Assembly (NCBI RefSeq): GCF_006345805.1
Contig: NC_043014.1
Location: forward strand, 24,552,001-24,616,000
Reading direction: 5' to 3'
DNA from: Octopus sinensis
Lineage: Eukaryota
DNA length: 64,000 nt
Shown here: piece by piece, positions 52,877 through 64,000 of the stretch
Layout: each line of letters starts with the position of its first letter
Numbering within the stretch: position 1 is the stretch's first letter
Translations under genes and position numbers: made by a program
The notes under the pieces: model-generated
What the model saw: the letters and a program-made list of their open reading frames with translations, nothing else
Database searches by the model: none
What the model was told of the DNA's origin: nothing

Positions 52877-55493
52877 GAATTCCAACAGGACAGCTTGCTG
52901 AGTGCCACAGACCAAGTCTGTGGATGGTACAAAGTCCATTCCAGACCTAGAGTTACGTGGTGGTGGAATAGTGCAGTAGACAAAGCCATTAGTGCAAAGA
53001 AACAGGCCTGGAAATCCTGGAGGGTTGAGGGTAGCAGGAAACTGTACCAGGTAGCCAAAAGGGAGGCTGGGCAGCAGGTATACATAGCCAAAGATGTAGC
53101 AGAAAAGAAGAAGTTTGCCAATGTCCAGCGATGTGAGGACCAAAGAACTGAGGTATTTCAGATTGCCAGACAGTGTGTGAGAGAAAATAGTGATGTTACA
53201 GGAGAGAAATGTGTCCGCATGGATGATGGTGAAAAGAAAGAGGCTTGGAGAAGCCATTATGAAAGACTGCTGAATGTGGAGAATGAATGGGAGGAGGAGA
53301 GCCTGCCAAATGTTGACCCAGTAGAGGGACCAGCTATCCGAATAGACAGCTCCCATGTAGTTAAGGCAATTAAGGGTATGAAACTAGGTAAAGCCCCCGG
53401 CCCATCAGGAATCACTGCTGAGATGCTAGCCACCCGCATTGTAAACCAGGTGTTTCATAATGGAGTCATACCCAATGACTGGCGTAGCAGCACCATAGTC
53501 AACCGCTACAAGGGTAAGGGTGATGCTCTAGATAGAAATAACTACAGGGGTATTAAACTGTTAGATCAGGTGATGAAGGTCACAGAGAGGGCCATAACCC
53601 ATCTCATTAGGGAGAGAATTTGCTTAGATGAGATGCAGTTTGGTTTTGTCTCAGGTAGAAGCACAACTGATGCTATATTCCTGGTCCGACAACTGCAGGA
53701 GAAGTACCTAGCTAAAGATAAACCCCTCTACATAGCTTTTGTGGACTTGGAGAAAGCCTTTGACAGGGTCACCCGATCCCTTATCTGGTGGTCGATGCGG
53801 AAACTGGAAATTGACGAATGGCTAATAAAGGCTGTACAGGCCCTATACAGAGAGGCTGTCAGCAAGGTTAGGATTGGCAACAAAGATAGTGAAGAATTGC
53901 GGGTAGGAGTAGGTGTACACCAAGGCTCAGCCCTCAGTCCCCTTTTATTCATCATAGTCTTCCAGGCAATAACAGAGGAATTCAAAACAGGTTGCCCCTG
54001 GGAGCTTCTCTATGCTGATGACCTGGCCCTCATAGCAGAATCACTACCGGAACTAGAAAAGAAATTTCGGGCGTGGAAGCAAGGTTTAGAATCAAAGGGG
54101 CTTAGAGTAAATGTAGCAAAGACCAAAGTTATAGTAAGCAGAAAGGCGAACTCAGCACAGTCCCCCTTGGGCAGGTGGCCCTGCTCGATCTGTAGGAAAG
54201 GTGTAGGTAGAAATTCCATAAGATGTACCCAGTGTAAGCTATGGACGCATAAGAGGTGCAGCAACATCAAAGGGAAATTAACTGATAAGATAGCTTTCAT
54301 GTGCAGCAGATGCACAGGGACAATAGACACCACAGATACTCAGAAAACAGATTCCATCACACTCCAGGGGGAGAAACTAGAAGTAGTTGATAGTTTCCAC
54401 TACCTAGGTGACCAAGTTAGTAGTGGAGGTGGATGCTCAGAGAGTGTCACCACTAGAATACGAATAGCCTGGGCAAAGTTTAGAAAGCTCCTACCCCTAC
54501 TGGTGACAAAGGGTCTCTCACTCAGAGTGAAAGGTAGATTGTATAATGCATGTTTGTGAACTGCCATGCTTCATGGTAGTGAAACATGGGCTGTGACTGC
54601 AGAGGACATGCGTAGATTTGAAAGGAATGAAGCTAGCATGATCCGTTGGATGTGTAATGTCAGTGTGCGGCACGATAGAGGGTAAGCACCCTGAGAGAAA
54701 TGCTGCACATAAGAAGCATGAGATGTGGTGTGCAAGAGCGATGCTTGTGATGGTATGGTCATGTACTGCGGATGGATGAGGAGAGATGTGTGAAGAAGTG
54801 CCACTCCCAAACAGTTGAAGGTATCAGGGGGAGAGGTAGACCCAGGAAGACATGGGATGAGGAAGTCAAGCATGACCTCAGAGCGTTGGGCCTCACTGAG
54901 GCAATGGCGAAGGACCGAGATCACTGGAGATATGCTGTGACTGCAAAGACCCGGGCTGCTTCCTGCACCAGTTGCGCATAGCCCCTGCCCATTCAAAGTA
55001 CCTTGGATTCCAGAACATCCCGCTGTGCTTGAGGAGACCTGTTGAGTCAAGTACATGAACATCGAAATAAATATCAATGGAAATAGTAGTTGTGATACCT
55101 GTGCCGGTGACACATAAAAAGCACCATCTGAATGTGGCCGTTGCCAGCGCTGCCTCAATTGGCTTCTGTGCCGGTGGCACATAAAAAGCACCATCCAAAC
55201 GGGGCCGATGTCAGCGCCGCCTTGGCTGGCTTCCGTGCCGGTGGCACGTTAAAAGCACCAACCGATCATGGCCAATGCCAGACTCCCCTGGCACCTGTGC
55301 AGGTGGCACGTAAAAAGCACCCACTACACTCACGGAGCGGTTAGCGTTAGGAAGGGCATCCAGCTGTAGAAACACTGCCAGATCAGACTGGAGCCTGGTG
55401 CAGCCCCTGGCTTCCCAGACCCCAGTCGAACCGTCCAACCCGTGCTGGCGCGGAAAACGGACGTTGAACGATGATGATGATGATGATGATGAT
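52877..55493 (+). mobile_element. 5'-truncated RTE LINE with a long RT ORF (52853-54559)
   Basis: Intact RT motifs NYRGIKL, FVDLEKAFDRV, HQGSALSPLLF, YADDL; (GAT)n tail. Confidence 0.95.
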
Positions 55494-55498
55494 ATATA

Positions 55499-55540
<42 letters not shown>

Positions 55541-55544
<4 letters not shown>

Positions 55545-56113
55545 TAAATTAGAGATAAAACCATTATTAGGCAAATCAAACAGTGAAAGACATAAACCAA
55601 AACATAAAAATAAATATAATTAATATAATATACAAAATAAATAAAATATAAAATTTAAAATTTAAATTATTGTAATTTATATTTATAAATTTTTATATTT
55701 TTATATTTTTTAAATTTTAAATTTATAAATTTTTAAACTTTTAATTTTTTAATTTTTTATTAATTAATTTATTAATATTTTTTAAACTATCAAAAAGTAT
55801 TTAAAAGTTTATTATAATAAGTATATTATTATATTATATTAAACTTTTTAATACTTTTTGATAATTAAAAAAAAAATTAATTAATTAATAAAAAATTAAA
55901 AAATTAAAAGTTTAAAAATTTATAAATTTAAAATTAAAAAAATATAAAAATATAAAAACTTATAAATATAAATTTAAGATTTTAAATTTAAATAATTTAA
56001 AATTTTAAATTGTGTATTTTATTTATTTTGTATATTATATTATATTTTTTTAATGTTTTGGTTTATGTCTTTCACTGATTTGCCTAATAGTGGTTTTATC
56101 TCTAACTTAATTT
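55541..56113. repeat. Extremely AT-rich ~570-bp foldback palindrome
   Basis: AAATTAAATTAGAGATAAAACCATTATTAGGCAAATC..CAGTGAAAGACATAAACC is mirrored at the right end. Confidence 0.85.
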
Positions 56114-56621
56114 ATATTTATACTGTGAAATTTGATTTAATCCCAAATCTAATTTTTCCCTGTAAGTTTGGATATACTCCCTAATATTATTATAATATAT
56201 ATAGATATATATATGTATATATATATATGTATATGTATATATAGAGATATATATATAGATATATATGTATATATATAAATGTATATATAGATATATATGT
56301 ATATATATAAATGTATATATAGATATATATGTATATGTATAGATATATATATAGATATATATGTATAGATATATAAATAGATATATATGTATATGTATAT
56401 ATATATGTATATAGATATATATGTATGTATATGTATATAAATACGTGTATATATATATCATGTATGTATATATATTTCATCGATCTTGATGTTTTGTCGT
56501 CCCTTTTTGTATCACCTAGTTGTTCTGATGTTTTGCGTTCTTGTCCCATTTTGTATTTTATATTATATATAACTAGCAGCATATGTACACTTTGTTCTCT
56601 TAAATGCATATGTATGTACAT

Positions 56622-56669
<48 letters not shown>

Positions 56670-56839
56670 CTAACTACTCCCACATTTTGCAGTGCAGTTT
56701 AACCAAAACTGGGTATCTTATAGTCGTGATTCATATCGAGCCTTTCTGGGTATTAGCGCGCATCTACGATTTTAAAAATAATTTACCATCATTTTTTTCC
56801 ATTTTAATGCATTTTTTTGACTATTATATAAGGAAAGTA

Positions 56840-58131
56840 CAAGGGACGTTCAATAAGTAATGCCTCTGACCCACTTCCAGGTGTTTGATCTAGTTGAAAT
56901 TTTGCATGTGCAATTACTTATATCTCTATAGATTAGGTTGCAAATTACAGCTCTGAATTAATTATGGTTTCTGCTCTACAAGTGTTTGAACTGAGTCAAG
57001 TGTGAAATGGAGCCAGTTGAGTGTCGAGCAGTGATCCGGTTTTTGTATTTGAAAGGACGCACACCACGGGAGACTTTTGATGAAATGAAAGTAACTCATG
57101 GTGATGATGCCCCATCATATGACCTTGTAAAACGCTGGCATCGTGAATTCAAACATGGTCGGAACTCTGTGGAAACAGCTCCCAGATCTGGTCGCCCCAC
57201 TTCTGCTATTGATGAGGCATCTGTCCGTCAAGTTGAGGCTGCCATTTTGGAAGATCGATGCATAACTATTCGCCAAATAGCCCATGAGGTCAAGATTAGT
57301 ACCGGGTCAGTGGAAACTATCATTCATGACCATTTGCACATGCAAAAGTTGTCTGCCAGATGGATTCCCAGGCTGCTCACACTTTTCCAGAAGCAAGAAC
57401 GCATCGAATGCTCAGGGATGAATTTGGAGACGTACCAAGAAGATGAGTCAAACTTTTTCAAAAGACTGATTACACAGGATGAAACCTGGGTCCATCACTA
57501 TGATCCAGAGACCAAAGCCCAGTCAATGCAGTGGAAGCACTGTGACTCACCTCCTCCAAAGAAGACAAGGGTGCAGCCCTCTGCTGGCAAGGTCATGCTC
57601 ACAGTCTTTTGGGACCAGGACGGAGTAGTGATGACAGATTTCCTGGCAAAGGGTACCACAATTACAGGAGCCTATTATGCTTCACTTTTGAGGAAATTAA
57701 GAGAAGCTATCAAAATCAAGAGGCGGGGCAAGATCAGCGAAGGCATCCTCCTCCTGCAAGACAACGCTCCGGTCCACAACTCGCGTGTCGCCAGATCAGA
57801 AGCACAGGCGTGCGGCTATGAACTCCTCCCCCATCCCCCTACTCTCCTGACCTTGCACCCTCTGATTTTCACCTCTTCCCAGCCATGAAGTTGTTTTTGA
57901 AAGGAAAGCATTTCCCAGATGATGCGGCCTTGATTTCTAAAGTCACGTCGTGGATGGAGGACCAAGCTGGGGTCTTTTACAAAAACGGTCTCCAGAGCTG
58001 GATCAAACAATGGGAGAAATGCCTAACTCTGAGTGGTTCCTATGTAGAAAAAGACCAATAACTGTGCCACGTTCCATTGCTCTACTGGTATGGGAAGTGG
58101 GTCAGGGGCATTACTTATTGAACGCCCCTCA
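56840..58131 (+). mobile_element. Full-length mariner transposon (1292 bp, ~40-bp TIRs, TA target duplication)
   Basis: TA|CAAGGGACGTTCAATAAGTAATGCC...GGCATTACTTATTGAACGCCCCTCA|TA. Confidence 0.95.
57007..58061 (+). pseudogene. Mariner DD34D transposase with one frameshift
   Basis: WIPRLL, TQDETWVHHYDPE, QDNAPVH; HPPYSPDLAPSDFHLF is restored by a one-base shift near 57835-57842. Confidence 0.9.
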
Positions 58132-58798
58132 TAACTCTCTAAAAATGTCTACGATGAGTCAATGATTTTAAAAAAAATTTACCATAATTTTTTTTCCATT
58201 TTTAATGCATTTTTTTGCTATTTTTAGGCTATAACTCTCTAAAAATGCTTATATAGTTATTTCCCTTACAAACCCGAGCAACGTCGGGCGATACTGCTAG
58301 TATATATATAAATATATATTAGAAGGTTTGGAGATGATTTTAAGGTATTTTATATGAGAAGAAATGAGGCACCCAGAAATTTGGATAGTTTTATATTTAC
58401 AGATATTTATTTGTATATTACATGTTTTTATACATCATATAACATATATCATATATTAGCTCTTTCGCCTATTCTAGTGGGGTTTTCAAATTGAACTAAG
58501 TTTTGGGGGAAAAATTTGACCATTTTATAGTGTTTTTGAGTGTGTAGTGGTGGGGAGAGATATAAGATCGTACAAGAGGGTGATGAATAGGGAGAAAGTG
58601 AGAATGAGCATGTGTGTATGTGTGTGTGTGTGTGTGCGTGTGTGTGTGTGTGTGTATTTGTATCTGAAAGTGGTGTTAAAGAAAAAGAAGGAAAGGAAGA
58701 AAAGGGAGAGAAAGAATAAAAAATTGTTTTGCTGGTTTCTTTTGTAGTTGGTCAGGATGTTTACTCCAAGCGGGGTATATATATATATATATATCTAT

Positions 58799-59290
58799 GT
58801 CATCATCATCGTTTAACATCCGCTTTCCATGCTGGCGTGGGTTGGATGGTTTGACTGAGGATTGGTGAATCAGAAGACTGCACCAGGATCCAGTCTGATC
58901 TGGCAAAGTTTCTACAGCTGGATGCCCTTCCTAACGCCAACCACTCTAAGAGTGTATTAGGTGCTTTTACGTGCCACCAACACGGGGGCCAGTCAGACTG
59001 TTCTTACAATGAACATGCTCAAAAGGTGTTTTTTACATGCTATCTGCATGGGAGCCAATCCGACAGCACTGGCAATGACCACTCTCGATCATTGTTTGTC
59101 ATGTCCCAGCAAAGCGATGCTGGCAATGATCACGCTCGAATGGTGCTTTTTATGTGCCACTGGCACGGGATCCAATCACCAGCCCTGGCAACGATCACGC
59201 TCGAAGGGTGCTTTTTACATCCCACCGGCACAGGAGCCAACCAGTGGCCCTGGCAACAATCACAATCGGATAGTACTTTTAATGTTCCAC
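58799..59290 (-). mobile_element. RTE 3' terminal fragment
   Basis: (CAT)n GTTTAACATCCGC...GATGCCCTTCCTAACGCCAACC plus degenerate UTR repeats. Confidence 0.85.
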
Positions 59291-60269
59291 TTGATAAATC
59301 TTATCAAAATAGGTAATAATTTTTGTTTACCATGTACAAATGAATTTATGGAGATATTACTATCTAATAATAAATTAATTAATTCCCAAGATGAGAGAAA
59401 AAATTAAATATAGACATAGGTTAAATTACTTATGTAATAAGTTTAACTAATTTGTGTATATATATAAACCCTGATTTATGTTATTAATTTATGTAGTTAT
59501 AATTTGTAGTAGTATGAGTAAATGGTAGTATAATGAGTAAATGAGATTATGTAGTGTATGTACATAACTAGGATAAGATTAAACCAAGGTGTTTATAAAA
59601 TAAATAAATAAATTGATGAATATAGATTAATTTATCGAAATTTTGCTTATTTTATGAATTTTAGTTATAAATTAATGAGAATTTAGAATTTTTCCTGTAA
59701 ATGGTATATTACATCTAGTTTATTTGTTATTTTCACAGCTAAAATACATATTTCTATTTATTTATTCTATAGTTATTATTTACATCATGTTTTCACGTGA
59801 TAAATTTCTTAGCAATGCTAGGTTCTGAGTTTAATGTTTACAATTTCAGTTAACTGGTATTCTTCAATAAGATAAGTTATGATTTTATTTTTCATTAATA
59901 TTGTTACATTTTATTTGATTATTTATTGTTACGATACGTATATTTCTATATTCATTTGTTAATTATTATATGTTAAGATGATATATGTATTTATTGATTG
60001 CTATTTCCAATAAACATTGGTGCCTTGTTGTACCACTATTCTATATTTACATGTATATTTATATGTATATAAAGAAGTGATACAATACAACCGTTTCAAG
60101 TAGCTCAATTACATGGAGCCACTTGAAATGGTTGTACTGCATCACTTTTTGATATCCTGTTGCATATTTTGATTTTATTCACCTTACTTGGATCTGTGCG
60201 GATAATACTGGACTGACTTAGTGCTTACAATTAAGTACCTAATTCAACTGAATCTCAATTATTAGGAGG

Positions 60270-60430
60270 TGCAGATGAGGGCAGCTGCATCAAACTCTCT
60301 CATGCACCAAATGGCAGTTGCTAAAAAGCATTCGTGAAGTAAAATCATGTAGCAACACCAAATGGCGGTGCCCCAGCATGGCCACAGCCCGTGAGCTGAA
60401 ACTCGATAAAATAAATAAAACATAAAAATA
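60270..60430 (+). mobile_element. Isolated LINE 3' tail, same as the tail fused to the RTE at 26450-26600
   Basis: GCAGCTGCATC.AACTCTCTCATGCACC...GGCGGTGCCCCAGCATGGCCACAG...GCTGAAACT plus an A-rich tail. Confidence 0.8.
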
Positions 60431-60478
60431 AAAATATTACATCAAAACTAACTATGACTTAATTTTTCCTCTCACACC

Positions 60479-60530
60479 GTCTCCGATGAAGGGATATTAT
60501 TAATTAATATCCTAGAAACAGCTGTAAGAC
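60479..60530 (+). ncRNA. Minimal hammerhead motif (U4C variant)
   Basis: GTCT-CCGATGA-A-GGGATATT..AATATCCT-A-GAAAC-AGCT-GTA-AGAC. Confidence 0.7.
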
Positions 60531-61104
60531 CTATCTATAAATGCTCTAATATCTATACAGCCTTGGTTTTTTTATCGCATTATGCAAAAAATTCATATAT
60601 ATATATATATAATTAATATTTGAGGGAATAAAATCAAAAACTTACAAGGAAAAAAATTTAATTTAGAAATACTAAATCAAATTTCACACAATATATATAA
60701 AAGATTAGAAAAAACCCCACCTTTTATCAATTCAAAATGAACAATTAAATTACACCATCTAGTAAATTACATATAATAGAAATATTAAAATTAAAATAAC
60801 AATAAAATGTCAATGATTAAGTAAATTGCAAAATAATAATAATAAAAACATATATAAATTGTAGAATAACGACGCGTTTTGTGGCTATATTTAAGAAATG
60901 CTTATAGTAGTAGAGAAATCACTTCGATATAAATATAGTCACTCATCAGGTCAAAAATAAACTAGAACAATAAAATAATTAATTAATAAATATACTTTAA
61001 TATATATATATATGAAAATACCAAATATACATAAGTGAAAATATACACATGTATATTTATTATATGGTTAGCTTATTTAAGGAGTTTCTCTATATTTGAA
61101 CCAT

Positions 61105-62105
61105 AGGCAGATAGGATTACGGCGAGAGGCAACGACAGCGCAGAGGAAGACAGACAGATAGGATTAAGGAGCTAAGAGAGAGGGACTACGGTATGAGGGC
61201 ACTGGCTATTGTGTAACGGTATGTGTTTATTTATGTTTTGATATGTGTTAAAGAAGGAAAAAGAATTGATGTGTTGAAACAAAAGAAAGAACTGTGTAAA
61301 GACATTGTGAAAAGAGTTGTTGAAAAGTAGTGTTACAGAATTGCAGAGAGCAAAGAAAGAGAAAGACTTTAAAGAACTTTGAACTGTATCGTTAATTTTG
61401 ATTACAATTTAATGACTTGTACTAGCTTTGTGTATTTTATTTAATTTTAAAGTATTGATATGAGTAGGTCAATTCGGAAACAAATGCTATGACCTACTTT
61501 GCTCGTTGTAGTCTGAAAGTCTGGAATCTAAAGTTATTGTCCTTTGTTCTGTCAGATTCACGAGCGAGTAACGGCTTTCGGAGAGACCTCTTCCCTTTTT
61601 CCGGTCAAAGAAAGTTCGAGGAAGCACCCCCATAAAAAGCATACGTTGTGAGTCTGTGGAACAGTCGGCCGGCAGTTCTGGCCAGAAACGGAGTGATACG
61701 GACGGTCAGCCAAGAAGGTGGCGATGGCGAAGGCGGTCAGTTGAGAAAGACAGACAGACAATGTGAGGGATGACAAGCGAGAGAATGACAGTGAATGTGA
61801 AAGAGGAAGACAGGCAGATAGGATTACGGCGAGAGGCAACGACAGCGTAGAGGAAGACAGACAGATAGGATTAAGGAGCTAAGAGAGAGGGACTACGGTA
61901 TGAGGGCACTGGCTATTGTGTAACGGTATGTGTTTATTTATGTTTTGATATGTGTTAAAGAAGGAAAAAGAATTGATGTGTTGAAACAAAAGAAAGAACT
62001 GTGTAAAGACATTGTGAAAAGAGTTGTTGAAAAGTACTGTGTTACAGAATTGCGGAAAGCAAAGAAAGAGAAAGACTTTAAAGAACTTTGAACTGTATCG
62101 TTAAT
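61105..62105 (+). repeat. ~290-bp direct repeat (61105-61396 / 61811-62105)
   Basis: AGGCAGATAGGATTACGGCGAGAGG...GAACTTTGAACTGTATCGTTAAT occurs twice. Confidence 0.9.
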
Positions 62106-62561
62106 GTAGAACTGATTTGTCTCTGAACTATAATGTGAACGTTAAAGTGATTTGAACTGTTGTCTCTGAACTGTATCTGCATGCTTTGATTTGTTGTTTC
62201 CTTGTTTTCTTGCACGTATTTTCTTTGATGTATTTGATGTAATAATTGTTATAAACTACTGTTGTTAAATGTAGCCAATTGCCTTCCGCCGTCTCTCTTT
62301 GTGTCTCTTCCTGCTGTTGTTTTTGTTTGTTGTTGTGTTATCTCCGGTCGCCGGTTGCCGAGTTCGCTGCCGCCCTCCCCTTGCCGAATTCTCTCTCTGA
62401 GTCCATGGCGAATTCACCGTTCGATCGAGCCGGTCGATCGTCGTCGCTCGACTTGGTAGGGTCCCGTGTTTTTCCGAAGAGTTTGAGCGACGGCAGGTGA
62501 TTCGTAACAGTATTTAATAATTTAAGTATTGTTTTAGTTTTCACTTATGTATATTTAGTAT

Positions 62562-62599
<38 letters not shown>

Positions 62600-62804
62600 C
62601 GATAGGTGAATGAATTATCCTATGTTTACCGTCAATATGGAAAATTCGATGAACCGATACCAGGGTTGCAAATTCACGTCAGAAACACAGTTGAAGTGAC
62701 CTGTCCAAGGGTAGAAACTCCGGGTTCATGTGCAGAAATTTATGTGTTATATATGAATAAATAAATAAATGGAGTTGAATGAAGATGTTAAAAAAATTCC
62801 TTTA

Positions 62805-62886
62805 CTCTCGACATATGTTTCGAAGACAACATGTTTTTATTCCAAAGGAATAAACGGTGCAAGATGCAATCTTCTCATCAGGAAAG
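62805..62886 (-). ncRNA. Canonical minimal type I hammerhead ribozyme (GUC cleavage site)
   Basis: CTTTC-CTGATGA-GAAGAT..GTCTTC-GAAAC-ATAT-GTC-GAGAG; intact core, G10.1-C11.1 pair, palindromic stem III ACATATGT. Confidence 0.8.
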
Positions 62887-63355
62887 AAAAGGAGCCTCTC
62901 TCAACAACAGGACAAAACAAAAATTGCGATGGCTGCCTACATGGTAACCAAAACGATAATAAGTGTTTAAAAAAAACGTTAGTAGAATTGACGTCAAAGT
63001 TAGATAGTAGGAAGAGAAGGGTTAAAGGAATAATAGGTAGGGAACAATATATATATATTAAAGTATATTTATTAATTTTTATTTTATTGTTCTAGTTTAT
63101 TTTTAACCTTATGAGTGACTATATTTATATCGAAGTGATTTCTCTACTACTATAATCATTTCTTAAATATAGCCACGAAACACGTGTCGTTATTCTACAA
63201 ATTATATACGTTTTTATTATTATTTTTTGCAATTTACTTAATCATTGACATTTTATTGTTAGTTTAATTTTAATATTTCTATTATATGTAATTTACTAGA
63301 TGGTGTAATTTAATTGTTCATTTTGAATTGATAAAAGGTAGTTTTTTTCAAATTT

Positions 63356-63656
<301 letters not shown>

Positions 63657-64000
63657 TGAATTTATAAATGAGGGTGAAAAATTTGATATTAATTTAATAA
63701 TACCATCAATTTAACACCAAGTGGCTTAGCACATAAAACCAGGGAGACAATATAAATTCATACATAAATATAAGAGAGTGACCACTATGTGATTAACTCT
63801 AGTGCTAAAAATAGCTCCGTTACTGGTATAGCCACAAAAAGTTGTTTCCAAGAAGAAATAACATTACATTTAATGTAAGGAAAGTGAAACATAACGAAAA
63901 AATAGATTAACCCTGAACAATTGTTTCATTATTAATGTAATATGCAATTTTACTTACATAACATCTATAAATCATCGGCAGAGGTTTGTCTTGAATACAA

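Larger units (their letters stand above)
56668..58300 (+). mobile_element. Non-autonomous Helitron (family A) split by a mariner insertion
   Basis: Body matches 4390-4734; it resumes after the mariner with TAACTCTCTAAAAATG; hairpin CCCGAGCAACGTCGGG plus CTAG^T. Confidence 0.88.

Noticed and set aside
59395-59430. FNLCLY-like peptide resembling the SLC35C1 FNNLCLKY motif
   Set aside because: It is preceded by an in-frame stop, has no usable splice sites, and is a chance match in AT-rich DNA.
62338-62410. Short ORF MDSEREFGKGRAAANSATGDRR in a CpG-rich stretch as a host first exon
   Set aside because: No similarity to the SLC35C1 N-terminus and no donor site; it sits inside a repeat-bounded composite.
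63951-64000. Minus-strand donor-like GTAAGT with open frame CIQDKPLPMIYRCY at the window edge
   Set aside because: Too short and truncated by the window to evaluate, with no recognisable homology.

Overview
AT-rich, microsatellite-laden animal DNA. The repeat landscape looks like a coleoid cephalopod (octopus-like); this is inference, not a database result. Only one host-gene exon is recognisable: a 109-nt minus-strand exon at 100-208 encoding part of the GDP-fucose transporter SLC35C1. No upstream exon was found in the other ~63.8 kb, so the window is probably one very large intron. It is filled with nested transposons: several RTE LINEs (one near full length), CR1/L2-like LINE remnants, an R4/Dong-like element at a (TAA)n tract, three mariner remnants (one full length, inserted in a Helitron), a Pif1-helicase Helitron and its non-autonomous relatives, tRNA-derived SINEs and several Penelope-like elements (PLEs). 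The most striking unexplained layer is RNA structure. About 20 minimal type I hammerhead-ribozyme (HHR) motifs occur, mostly in inverted PLE pseudo-LTR foldbacks. They include a multi-copy family whose core reads GUGAACA (a compensatory G3-C8 swap of the canonical C3-G8 pair) and a tRNA-headed SINE-like element with an HHR tail in a PLE-type inverted arrangement. Most long ORFs in the supplied track are microsatellite artefacts. All alignments and folds were done by eye.
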